From Candidatus Melainabacteria bacterium 17Bon1m (lineage in GTDB: Bacteria; Cyanobacteriota; Vampirovibrionia; Obscuribacterales; Obscuribacteraceae), in the NCBI GenBank assembly GCA_032128875.1, contig JAVLKG010000003.1:824974-888973 (forward strand): a DNA stretch of 64,000 nt, written 5' to 3'. The position numbers and the translations under genes are program-made. Positions 49,827 to 59,708 of this stretch are shown one piece after another. The first letter of the stretch is position 1. Each line of letters begins with the position of its first letter. A model generated the notes under the pieces. It was given only the letters and a program-made list of their open reading frames with translations. It did no database searches and was not told where the DNA came from.

Positions 49827-52535
49827 ATGAGAGATGAAGCGTTTGCAGATCCTAGACCGCGTGAAATTACTAGACCAACGCTCAATCAGGTAGTTTTGAT
49901 GAATAAGATGTCGAGCCAATTCAAACTGGTTACACTGGCAAATGGCCAAGCGCGAGCAGCAATCGCGCTTTGCGTGCTGTTTGCAGTTGCGATATTAGCC
50001 CTGCCGGCATTCTCGCAGGCTAATACTAATCAGTTTTTCCGTAATGCCGAAGGCACTATGGATGACTCCAACAACTCTACCGCGCAAACCATCCGCGATA
50101 TGGCTTGCTTGCGCTACAAGTGGCTGGACATCAACCGCAGATACGATCAACTGCGCACTATCAACGAGCAAGCGCCTACGACCACACCGTCAAGAAGACA
50201 AACGATTCCTGAAAAACGCGAGGAATTCATCACCGACGGACGCTCGGCAAGACAGCCACAAGCCGGCGAAACAAGAGTAAAAGAAACTGCTGATTCTACT
50301 GCGCAAACCAAAGTTCTCGCATACGACTCCTGCTTCGTTCCTTGCGGCAGCCCGGTCGGCTGGTTCTTGCAAGACGCAGAAGCCTGGAAGTTTCCCAAAT
50401 ACACAGCCTACGGTATTCCTTGCTATGTCCAGCCCCGCATGGAGGCCATGGACAAAGTTAAGACGACCAGAGACGAAGCCATCTTCGAGAAAGCGACAGG
50501 CTACAACCCGCCTGGTATGGGCCGTATCACCACGTTCGGTCTGCCGATGTCTGATACGCAATATCAGTTGATCGACAGAGAAAATAATAACCGGATGCTC
50601 GAGTTGCTTTCCGACCCCGAGCGCTTCATGTGGGCAGCTTCGGTAACCGGTCAGATGATGAACGGTTCCGGCGCCAACAGCCTTGCCGGTGTTGCAGAAA
50701 GTGCTTTCGACAACGCCGCCGCCCGGATTATTCAAGGTGACTCCACCAATTCGTTGATCAACCTTGCTAACGAAAATTCGGGGACCGGACCGAATCTCGG
50801 TTCTTACTATCGCCAAGTTTCCGATGCAGTGAGACAAGTTCAAATCATGTACCACCAGGTATATGTGCCGCTGGCAATTCTTTTCCTTTTGCCGGGCGCC
50901 GTCATCACGCAAGCAAAATCCATTGTGGCAGGCGGTTTTGCGCTGAGATCACCTGAAGCTCAAAGTCCATTCGATGGACTGTTGCGCTCCTTCGTCGCTA
51001 TTTTCCTTATCCCTGCGACTCAATTGATTGTCAGTTATGCAATCGACGTCGGCAACTCGATGGCGTATAGCGTTTACGATCCCTGGGTCAATATAGACAG
51101 AGTCAAAGAGTGGACTCACCAGCTCAGCTACAACAACAATCCACGCACAAATTACGACAACAGTATTTTGCCTCCTGAGCAAGGCGGCCAAAATCAGAAC
51201 GGACAAAGTGCCTGGGATAGAGCATTATCGGGCGATGTTTTCGGTGCGATCTTGCAATTCGTTATGGACTTGTTCGGTTACGGAGAAGGTTTGGGCGGAA
51301 ACGTTCCAGAAACCGTGACGATGGAAGAGCGCAATTCATGGCTGTCATCTATGTTGGAAACAGCTTTCAACTGGATGATGTGGGGTATGTCGCAAGGACT
51401 TATTATCCTGACGGCATTCCAGCTCGTCTTTATGTGCTACCTCTTCTTGCTTGGACCTCTGGCCGCTGCATTCTATGCTTGGCCGGATTTGCAGAATGAC
51501 GGCAACCAAAAGCTATTCCGTGGTGTTTTCGGAAGCTGGGTCAATGCCGTGATTTCGCTTGCTCTGTGGCGCTTCTACTGGATGGTGATTTTGGCCATCA
51601 TGACTCAGCGCCTCATCTACATATCGCAATCGCGGACGGCGACCAACTTACAGTGGGAAGTTGCTGTCTTCACGTGCTTGCTTGGACTGATGCTGCACGT
51701 GCCGTTTAGTCCGTTCAAATTCGACCCGGCTGCCGCGCTGGAAAAAGTGGAGAAATTCGCCAATAGCATGGGCGGCAGTGGCGGCGGTGGAGCCGGAGGC
51801 GGCGGTGGCGGTGGTGCCGGCGGCGGTGCCGGAGCCGGCGGTGGCGGCGGAGGCGGCGGCGGAATGCTGCAGCAGATGGCCAACCAGATCCAAAGCTCCA
51901 ATATGCCTGCCGGTGATAAACAGCAAGCCTTGCAAGCAATCAACCAGACTTCGGTCGGCTTGAATGCCTTTAGAGACGGACGTTTCGGTGGCTACGACGC
52001 CTTCAATGGAGGCGGCGGTATCAACATGGGCGGTGACCAGGGACAGGGAACCGGCCAGGGCCAGGGCACGGGGCAGGATATAACCCCACCTCTGGTCAGT
52101 AATCAAAATACGGCAAACATCAATGCAGCACTGGCCAGTAATGCGATCATGCCTCCGTCTTCGACAGGAATGGATACAGGCACTGGCACTGGCACTGGTA
52201 CCGGTACCGGCGCAGGCGTAGACCTGGCCGCCAACCGCGGACCGACATCCTCACCCGCCGATGCATCCGAAACTGGTTCTCGCATCAACCCAGGAGTTCA
52301 ACTTGCCGGTTACGTTCAATCGGCACAACAAAACGTCCAGGACATTGGTGCTCAATTGCGCGGTGCCGGTATGCCTGAGCAGCAAGTGCAAGACTTCATC
52401 ACCAAGAATAATCCGCAGCAAATGATAGCGGCGCTCGATCCTCAGGGCAGCGGTTTCTTCCCTTCCGGTGGAGGTGATGACAGCGGCCCGAGACGACAGG
52501 ATCGAAGACCAGATGATGACTCTGATACCGCCTAG
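49827..52535 (+). CDS. VirB6/TrbL-like polytopic membrane protein, paralog 1
   Basis: Periplasmic N-region, about 6 TM helices incl. LLGPLAAAFYAWP...FGSWV, Gly-rich C-tail; near VirB4. Confidence 0.6.
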   Translation: MRDEAFADPRPREITRPTLNQVVLMNKMSSQFKLVTLANGQARAAIALCVLFAVAILALPAFSQANTNQFFRNAEGTMDDSNNSTAQTIRDMACLRYKWLDINRRYDQLRTINEQAPTTTPSRRQTIPEKREEFITDGRSARQPQAGETRVKETADSTAQTKVLAYDSCFVPCGSPVGWFLQDAEAWKFPKYTAYGIPCYVQPRMEAMDKVKTTRDEAIFEKATGYNPPGMGRITTFGLPMSDTQYQLIDRENNNRMLELLSDPERFMWAASVTGQMMNGSGANSLAGVAESAFDNAAARIIQGDSTNSLINLANENSGTGPNLGSYYRQVSDAVRQVQIMYHQVYVPLAILFLLPGAVITQAKSIVAGGFALRSPEAQSPFDGLLRSFVAIFLIPATQLIVSYAIDVGNSMAYSVYDPWVNIDRVKEWTHQLSYNNNPRTNYDNSILPPEQGGQNQNGQSAWDRALSGDVFGAILQFVMDLFGYGEGLGGNVPETVTMEERNSWLSSMLETAFNWMMWGMSQGLIILTAFQLVFMCYLFLLGPLAAAFYAWPDLQNDGNQKLFRGVFGSWVNAVISLALWRFYWMVILAIMTQRLIYISQSRTATNLQWEVAVFTCLLGLMLHVPFSPFKFDPAAALEKVEKFANSMGGSGGGGAGGGGGGGAGGGAGAGGGGGGGGGMLQQMANQIQSSNMPAGDKQQALQAINQTSVGLNAFRDGRFGGYDAFNGGGGINMGGDQGQGTGQGQGTGQDITPPLVSNQNTANINAALASNAIMPPSSTGMDTGTGTGTGTGTGAGVDLAANRGPTSSPADASETGSRINPGVQLAGYVQSAQQNVQDIGAQLRGAGMPEQQVQDFITKNNPQQMIAALDPQGSGFFPSGGGDDSGPRRQDRRPDDDSDTA

Positions 52536-52597
52536 AGTTTCCAGCGGCAGACAGGAAGCTCTCAAAGATTTACAGAACGCGTGAGGATGGATCTCAA

Positions 52598-55500
52598 ATG
52601 ATTGGAAGAAGAAAAACGGCATCAACGTTTAAAGCGCGGCTAACGCTAGTGCTGCTTCTCATCGGATTCGTACCGATAGCTGCCATGGCGCAATCGCCAA
52701 ATGTCGGCGCCGGCGGAGGCACGGGAGATTCTCGTGACGGCAACCCCGGTTCTGCCTCACTGACATTGAAGCAATTCTACTACCGGATGAAGAACGCCCA
52801 GACTTATTCCACCACCGAATATGGTGGCACCGACGTATTGCAGAACGTCGGAGGATCTCAGGGCATTTCCAGATTTACCAATGGTCTTAGCAATCTCGTC
52901 CAGGGCAATGTCCGCGGGGCACTTCAGGCTGCTACCGGTCAAGACGGTCGCGGTCCGAAAGAATCTGTCGGACCTGGTATCGTTAAAACCCAGTCTGGTC
53001 CTACTTTTGCATGGCCCGTGCCGGTGCCTCCCGGCATTCCTTCGACAGTGCCCACGAAGCGCGACGAAGGTATCAACAAAAACGAACTGAAGACTTTCGG
53101 CTATCCCGTTTCTGATACGCAGTTCCAGCTCATCCAACGCTACAACCAGAACATCATGCTGGAACAGCTGTCCAATCCGGAACGTTTCATGTGGGCAGCC
53201 AACACCTTGGGCGGCTTGTCATCGAACGCCGCTGCAAACTCAGCCAACAACATGGCTACCAACCAAGCAATCAGTGCAATTGATTTCAGTAAGAAATATC
53301 TGGTCAACTTTACTGCCGAACAAGGCAACGTATGGCACCGCCTGCGCGATCAATTGTTTATCCCGATGGCAATTCTCTTGCTTTTGCCCGGCGCAGTGCT
53401 TGCGCAAGTGAAGGCGATTGTTGCTCAAGGCTCGCCATCGTGGGCACAAGCAGATAGTCCTATTGAAGGTATTACCCGCTCTATTGTTGCTGTTTTCCTG
53501 ATTCCTGCAACCTTCCTTGTCATCAACTACGGTATCGACGTATCCAACTCGATCACGTTCACGATTGCCGATGAGTACAAGAGAATTTTTGGCACGGACA
53601 TGTATGAGGATGCGATTTGCCACGAGAAACGAGCGATGGCGATCAACCCGGCCAACCGCAAGGAAAACGCTATCCATGAGGAAGAAAGACCAGTCAATAG
53701 AGGCGGCTCGGTATGGTCGTCCTTTGAAGGCTTGAACTCGACCGTGCGCGAATATGACCCCTGCTTGGGCGTAGACAATACACGTGTACCTGACGAAAAC
53801 GTCGTACAAGCGAAGAACTTCAACCGCCTGGCTAAGGGGATGGCCAACACCGGATTGACCGCTGCCTGGAACATTATGAGTGCGTTCCAGATGGCTTATC
53901 TCTATTATCTGTGGTGCATGGGACCGATAGCAGCAGCCCTGTGGGTCTGGCCGATTGGACCGATGCGCGGTGCTCTCAGAAGCTGGATCGAAGGCGTTAT
54001 CACGCTGTGTTTCTGGAGCTTATTCTGGAACACCACTGTCTTGCTGCTTGCTTGCTTCAAGGGGGTCGGCGACGACGGTTCGGTTATCGTCACCGCTTTG
54101 AATACACTTGCAAACTTGTCGGTTAAGAAGGCATTCGACTTCGCTGGTTTGATCGCTGAGGCCGGTAGTGCGGCATCTGCAGAAATGCAGAAGTCCATGG
54201 CTGGTGGTGGCGGCGGCGGTGGCGGCAGTCGAGGCGGCGGTGGTGGCGCCGGCGGTGCTGGTGGGCAAGGTGGACAGGGAACACCTGGGCGCAGTGCAAG
54301 CGGACCGGGAGGCGGTCAAGGACTCGTTTCAGGACCTGGCTCTGGTCAAGGCTCGGGCGACATCGGTCAAGGTGGAGGAGCATTGGCTCTGTCGCCTGCC
54401 GGAGGCGATCTCACCAGTGGAGCTCTCACTCCTCGCGGTGGTGCCGACATCGATCCACTTACCGGACTGCCGAGAGACGGCAGTGTGCCGGGCGTAGATC
54501 CCGGCCTGCCTCCAGGCGAGCGCGGTACAAATATGGGTATGCGTGGAGGCGCCGACGCTACCACCGAAGCAGCTGCATTGGCGGCTCTGGGTGCTGCGGG
54601 CAGACCTCCATCCGACCAAGAGCGTCAGATGTTCGACAACGTCAAACGCATGGACGACGCCGGACACCCTGCTGCGACCGCACTTGTAGAATCGCTTTCA
54701 CGCACGCAGCCAGGCGATCTTGCCAAAGCGATGGACGGCGATGCCGATGCGGCTGCTCGTATCAGATCCGCAACCGGTATGGACGCCAAGACGCTCAACG
54801 ACGGCTTACGTGGAGACTCCGCCGCGATGATGACTGCAGCAGCAGTTGTAGGCGCTGCCGGATCAGCCGGGGCCGCCGGATCTCTTCTGTCTCGCGCAGA
54901 GCAAGGCGATGCTGGTGCCAGGGCACAATTGGAAAGCCGCACCGGTATCAACCCCGATACACTCATACGTGCTGCGCAGGGCGACCAGGGCGCGCAAATG
55001 GCTGTCATGGCGAGAGCCGGACAGGATGGATCCGTACAAGCTGCAGCCCAAGGCGGCGACCGAGTGTGCGCTGATGCGGTTCGTGCTGCAGAGATGACCT
55101 ACGCTCGCAACGGTGTCACCGGCGACTATACGCAAGTAGCCGCTTACGACCCGCAGACGGGTGTATTCTCAGCTGCGGACGCTCAAGGCAATATCTTGCG
55201 CAATGCTGATGGCACTGCCCAAATATCCTTCGACCAAGCTAGTGGTGGATATCAGACTAGAGACGGCGCGGGCGTTACCTACGACGCCGGCTCCGGACAA
55301 TGGCTCGCTCGCGACGCCAATGGTTCTGCCGCTGGTGGCATCGTCTACGATGTTAACGACGGGCGGTTTGCGGTTGCCGGAACAGGTGCTGCGGTCAACT
55401 ATGAAAATGGAAACTTCGTTGCCGCAGGTACCAACGGAAATGTTGTCTGGGATGCTCAAGCCAATCGCTTCCAGGACGGCGGCGGCAATGCTGTCATGTC

Positions 55501-57916
55501 CGATCCGGGCGGCTCTGGACAATGGTTCCGCGTGGCTCAAGATGGTCAGAGCATCGAGCGACTGGCCGGTGGAGCACAAGGACAGGGCAGCTGGGAAAGA
55601 GTTTCCGGTGCTGCACCGATGGAGGTCAAAAACGGCGAGGTCATCGCCGCAGGCACCAATGGCAATGTCGTGTTCGACACTGCGCAAGGCAGATTCGAAG
55701 CCAGAAATGTCGATGTCGGAGTGCAATACGACCGCGGTTCCAATCAATGGTATGCACAGGGCGCATCCGGTCAGGTCGCATACTCTGTGGACGCTGGTCA
55801 GTTCAAAGCCACGGGCACCAATGAAGGAGTCACGTATTCCGGTGGTCAGTGGTCCGTGGACAACACCGGCGGCCGCGTAGTTCTTGATGCGGCGCAAGGT
55901 CGCTATGAAGTGGCTGGAGGCAACGCTGCTGTAGCCTACGACAGAACCAGCAATGGTTGGGTTGCGGCGGACACCGGCGGCCAGATCAGATTCGACCGCC
56001 AAGACATGCGCTTCGAAAATAGTTCTGGAGCCGTCGCTGTCGCTGATCCCAACGGATCGGGCAGATGGTATGCCCCATCAGCTGATGGCAGTTCCGTCCA
56101 AGTGCTCTCGCCTGCCTCGAGCGGCTCGGCCACCTGGTCGGCCGCAGGAGCTGATGCGCCTGTTTCACTGCAAGGCGGAACATTCGTCGCACAAGGATCC
56201 GGCGGTCAAGTCTTCTACGATCAGCAAGCCGGTCAATGGGAATTGCGTCAGCCAACCGCTCAGGGTGGCTTCATCGATACCAATATCGCGATGGCTAGAG
56301 ACTCTGCATCGGGCAACTGGATGGCAGCCGGAACAGGAGGCCAGGTCGTTCTCGATCCTGCCTCCAGACAGCTGGAAATCTACGGCACCAATACGCCTGT
56401 TGCACGCGACAATACAGGAACTTTCGTTGCGGCCAACACCGGCGGTAGTGTCATTCTCGACACTCAAAATGCCGGCGGTCCTCGATGGGAAGTGCGCGGC
56501 GCCGATGTCGCTCTCACACCCACTCCTAGTGGACAATGGACGGCAGCGGACAGCCGCGGAGCGGTCGTTTGGGATGCTCAGCAAAATCGATTCGAGCAAG
56601 CCGGTACAAATGTGGCAGCTTACCGAGATCCAGGCGGTTCCGGTTGGTACTCCGTGGCAGCCAACGGCATGGTCACGCAGTTGCAGCCAGACAATCAGTG
56701 GAGATCGGTCGATCCGGCGACTGCGCCGATTCGCGTCGATCAAGGTGGTGTCATCAGCGCCGCTTCGTCCAACGGCATGATCACATTCGACCAACGCGAC
56801 AACCGTTGGGAGCTGCAAGGTGGTCAACCGGTTCAGTACGACTCGAGAACTCAGCAATGGGTCGCTCCGGAGACGGGCGGCCGCGTAGCCTACGACTTCA
56901 ACGACAGGAGACTGGAAGTGGTCGGCTCCAATGGTGCCACCACCAATGTGCCGGTAGTTTCAGACCCGAGCGGTCGCAGCTACTACGCCTTCGGTGCAAA
57001 CGGAGACGTAAGGCAGCTCGATACGACAGCCGGCTCGTGGAGACCACTCGATGCAACGTCGTCGGTCGGCTACACGCAAAGCGGACAGATCTACTCGACT
57101 GCATCCATCGCGCCAGGCGATGCAACACGTACTCCGCAGGTCATGTACGACACGCAACAGGGTGCATGGACTGTGGCGAACAACCCGAATCCATCAGCCA
57201 ACGGTGTAGCTGTAACGCAGTCTGGAAGCGGCTTCTATGCGGAAGGCACGGGACGGCAAATCGAATATGATTTGAACAACCGCCGCTTCGAGCTGGCTGG
57301 CTCCGACAGACCGGTCGAGTTTCAGCGCGGTACAGGATGGACATATGCAGGCACCGGTGAGCAGGTCGCACTGCGGACGCCGGACGGTGGATGGACTGCC
57401 GGAACGCACGCCTCTACAGACCCGAGCAGGGTCCAGCAAGGCTACGATCCATTCTGCAACCCGACTCACCACCAGGGCGGATACACACCTGATCCTACAT
57501 ACGGCCACAGATTCCCCGACTGGAGAGCCGACGTCGGTGAAATGCGTGGTGGAGAACACATGGATGTGAGAAGCCCTGATGTGAGCGCTCACATCGGACC
57601 TGGACATGCCCATGTCGACGTCCATACACCTGGCTTCCAAGCTCACGTAGACACGCCGACTGGCGGCATCATGGATGCTCCCAGAAGAATGGATCCGACA
57701 GGAGGCACTGCAGGTAAGGCCATAACAGCTGCCGGTGTCGGAGCCGCTATCTGGCAACAGTGGTCCAATATAAGCAATCGCATGAATCGCGGACAACAAG
57801 GACCGGCTCAGTCACTTCAAGATATGATGCGCAAGGGTGGAGGCTCGCAGCGCAAGAAGGACAACCGCAAAATAATCGGCTATGACGAATACGGCAATCC
57901 GATTTATAAAGACTAG
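52598..57916 (+). CDS. Giant VirB6/TrbL-like membrane protein, paralog 2, with long beta-hairpin repeat C-terminal region
   Basis: Membrane core clearly homologous to the preceding gene (MGPIAAALWVWP...LRSWIEG); about 750 aa of YD/WD..G.W/F repeats. Confidence 0.65.
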   Translation: MIGRRKTASTFKARLTLVLLLIGFVPIAAMAQSPNVGAGGGTGDSRDGNPGSASLTLKQFYYRMKNAQTYSTTEYGGTDVLQNVGGSQGISRFTNGLSNLVQGNVRGALQAATGQDGRGPKESVGPGIVKTQSGPTFAWPVPVPPGIPSTVPTKRDEGINKNELKTFGYPVSDTQFQLIQRYNQNIMLEQLSNPERFMWAANTLGGLSSNAAANSANNMATNQAISAIDFSKKYLVNFTAEQGNVWHRLRDQLFIPMAILLLLPGAVLAQVKAIVAQGSPSWAQADSPIEGITRSIVAVFLIPATFLVINYGIDVSNSITFTIADEYKRIFGTDMYEDAICHEKRAMAINPANRKENAIHEEERPVNRGGSVWSSFEGLNSTVREYDPCLGVDNTRVPDENVVQAKNFNRLAKGMANTGLTAAWNIMSAFQMAYLYYLWCMGPIAAALWVWPIGPMRGALRSWIEGVITLCFWSLFWNTTVLLLACFKGVGDDGSVIVTALNTLANLSVKKAFDFAGLIAEAGSAASAEMQKSMAGGGGGGGGSRGGGGGAGGAGGQGGQGTPGRSASGPGGGQGLVSGPGSGQGSGDIGQGGGALALSPAGGDLTSGALTPRGGADIDPLTGLPRDGSVPGVDPGLPPGERGTNMGMRGGADATTEAAALAALGAAGRPPSDQERQMFDNVKRMDDAGHPAATALVESLSRTQPGDLAKAMDGDADAAARIRSATGMDAKTLNDGLRGDSAAMMTAAAVVGAAGSAGAAGSLLSRAEQGDAGARAQLESRTGINPDTLIRAAQGDQGAQMAVMARAGQDGSVQAAAQGGDRVCADAVRAAEMTYARNGVTGDYTQVAAYDPQTGVFSAADAQGNILRNADGTAQISFDQASGGYQTRDGAGVTYDAGSGQWLARDANGSAAGGIVYDVNDGRFAVAGTGAAVNYENGNFVAAGTNGNVVWDAQANRFQDGGGNAVMSDPGGSGQWFRVAQDGQSIERLAGGAQGQGSWERVSGAAPMEVKNGEVIAAGTNGNVVFDTAQGRFEARNVDVGVQYDRGSNQWYAQGASGQVAYSVDAGQFKATGTNEGVTYSGGQWSVDNTGGRVVLDAAQGRYEVAGGNAAVAYDRTSNGWVAADTGGQIRFDRQDMRFENSSGAVAVADPNGSGRWYAPSADGSSVQVLSPASSGSATWSAAGADAPVSLQGGTFVAQGSGGQVFYDQQAGQWELRQPTAQGGFIDTNIAMARDSASGNWMAAGTGGQVVLDPASRQLEIYGTNTPVARDNTGTFVAANTGGSVILDTQNAGGPRWEVRGADVALTPTPSGQWTAADSRGAVVWDAQQNRFEQAGTNVAAYRDPGGSGWYSVAANGMVTQLQPDNQWRSVDPATAPIRVDQGGVISAASSNGMITFDQRDNRWELQGGQPVQYDSRTQQWVAPETGGRVAYDFNDRRLEVVGSNGATTNVPVVSDPSGRSYYAFGANGDVRQLDTTAGSWRPLDATSSVGYTQSGQIYSTASIAPGDATRTPQVMYDTQQGAWTVANNPNPSANGVAVTQSGSGFYAEGTGRQIEYDLNNRRFELAGSDRPVEFQRGTGWTYAGTGEQVALRTPDGGWTAGTHASTDPSRVQQGYDPFCNPTHHQGGYTPDPTYGHRFPDWRADVGEMRGGEHMDVRSPDVSAHIGPGHAHVDVHTPGFQAHVDTPTGGIMDAPRRMDPTGGTAGKAITAAGVGAAIWQQWSNISNRMNRGQQGPAQSLQDMMRKGGGSQRKKDNRKIIGYDEYGNPIYKD

Positions 57917-57923
57917 CAATTAG

Positions 57924-57956
57924 AGGAAAGGGCGGCATTGCGCTGCCCTTTCCTTT
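57924..57956 (+). terminator. Stem-loop after the giant gene (probable terminator or stabiliser)
   Basis: AGGAAAGGGCGGC-ATTGC-GCTGCCCTTTCCT with only a short T-run. Confidence 0.6.
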
Positions 57957-58141
57957 GAAAAAGTCAGCTAGGGACTGTACAAAACAAAAAAAGTCCATAC
58001 AATGCGGAAAGACCTATTTGACCATGGTCTTCCAAATTCAAGCAAAATAAGCAAGCCAAGCAAATAACATATGAAAAGCCGCAGGAGGAGAGGCATCTCT
58101 TTCCTGCGGGTATTAATATAGATAGATGGTGGTCAGAGTCC

Positions 58142-59161
58142 ATGGACATGTTGTTAGCTGAAGTAGGAGTCAGGTGCGATCGTTGCGGAACCTCATTTGT
58201 TTCGCGTCAATTGCCGACCTTTATTGATATCGGACATCGCAATTCGGAATTGCGCCAGGATTATCGCGGCTATCAGCCGATGATGGAGCAATACGCAATT
58301 ATCAGCTGTCCGAGTTGTGGGCGTGCCGATTGGTCTACCGAGTTTCCTCCGGTGCCTGGCACGCCTGTTTTGGCTCAAGCTTCCACCAGCGCGCATATGC
58401 AATACAGGCAGGCCGCGCTCGACAAAGAGCGCAATGCCGGCAGCATCAACTCCTTTAAGGCTGCAGTTTTTTATGTGCATGCCGCTTGGTGTGCCGACGA
58501 CAGCAAGGCGTTTCCGCAGGCTCGAGAGTACAGACGGCTAGCCGTAGAGTCTTATAAACGCTCGCTTTCCGACAATACCTGCCCTCAAGATTCACGCGGC
58601 GAGACTGAATATTTAATTGGCGAATTAATGCGCCGCGCCGGAGACTTCGAAGGGGCTCGCGATCATTTCCGCATGTGCATCGGGCGCTTGAATGCTCGAT
58701 TTGCATTTATGGCTCGAAAGATCATGCGCCTTTGCGAACAAGGCAGCACCGAGTCCATCCAATTCGAAGCCGACACCCTGATGCAGTCCTCCGTGGCCTC
58801 TTCCGGCTCGGCGGTAGGCGCTCCGCTGGGCGTTTCGGCTCCGGTAGCTCCGGCTGGCGCGCCGCCTAGTTCTGCACCGCCCAGCCCGCGTGCTTCATAT
58901 TCGGGACCGCCAGCTGGTGGCCCGCCTGGTTTTTCCGGCGCACCACCTATAGGGCAATCTCAGTCGTCTCATCAGTCTCAGCCGCCTCGTCAATCGCAGC
59001 AGTCGGTGCCTGCGGCTTCCCCGGGGGCTTCGCGCTCCTCGACCAATTTGCCAAGTTCTCCGGGCGGACCGCCGGTCGGACCGCCAGGGTCGAAAAAGGG
59101 CGACTCGAAGCCGAAAGGTCCTCCTACTCAGCCCCCGCCAGGCGCTCCGCCCTTGGCTTAA
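58142..59161 (+). CDS. DUF2225-like Zn-finger/TPR protein with Pro/Ser-rich tail
   Basis: CDRC...CPSC, AAWCADD, YLIGELMRRAGDFEGA. Confidence 0.7.
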   Translation: MDMLLAEVGVRCDRCGTSFVSRQLPTFIDIGHRNSELRQDYRGYQPMMEQYAIISCPSCGRADWSTEFPPVPGTPVLAQASTSAHMQYRQAALDKERNAGSINSFKAAVFYVHAAWCADDSKAFPQAREYRRLAVESYKRSLSDNTCPQDSRGETEYLIGELMRRAGDFEGARDHFRMCIGRLNARFAFMARKIMRLCEQGSTESIQFEADTLMQSSVASSGSAVGAPLGVSAPVAPAGAPPSSAPPSPRASYSGPPAGGPPGFSGAPPIGQSQSSHQSQPPRQSQQSVPAASPGASRSSTNLPSSPGGPPVGPPGSKKGDSKPKGPPTQPPPGAPPLA

Positions 59162-59218
59162 GTTTTCCAATCAAGGCAAAATGATGTTAGGTCCGAAACT
59201 GCAATAAGGAGTTAGTTC

Positions 59219-59620
59219 TTGGGTTACGTCCAGCGAGTGATCATCCTCAACAAGCCGCTTAAGGTGTTCGGTTTCGAACCCCGGCAGCTGATATTGCTAT
59301 CAGTTTGGGTTGTTTCCGGATTGATCATTGCCGGTCGCTTTCCTCAGGACTGGAAATTCCATAATTTCCCTATTGGCGTGTGGTTTTTCATCCTCTGGAT
59401 GTGCGGTGCCGTGGCTGTTGTTATGGGCACCCGACTGAAGCCCTTCTCTTGGTGGAAAAATATCCTCACGTACAGGTTGGGCTTGGCTCCTAATCTCTAT
59501 GTTTCACGCGCAGAACCCGCTCCGATCTATCCAGATGGGAATATAATTGAGGTTAAAAAAACTAAAGAAAACTTCTATGTCCAAGCTGAAAACACAACTG
59601 CAGACCCGGATGACTTCTAG
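59219..59620 (+). CDS. PrgI/VirB3-like two-TM protein
   Basis: KVFGFEPRQLILL start typical of PrgI; two TM helices; immediately upstream of VirB4; RBS AAGGAG, TTG start. Confidence 0.65.
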   Translation: MGYVQRVIILNKPLKVFGFEPRQLILLSVWVVSGLIIAGRFPQDWKFHNFPIGVWFFILWMCGAVAVVMGTRLKPFSWWKNILTYRLGLAPNLYVSRAEPAPIYPDGNIIEVKKTKENFYVQAENTTADPDDF

Positions 59621-59708
59621 AAGTCCGGTTTTTCAATTGGTCAGCGCCCAATCAAGTTCTTGAGACCGACCCGGCAGAACACCCAGGAAACCCGAGACAG
59701 GAAACCCA

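Noticed and set aside
55130-57410. RHS/YD-repeat toxin
   Set aside because: Units contain YD but lack the RHS consensus and the DPxG-cleavage core end with a toxin/immunity pair; the protein begins with a polytopic membrane domain
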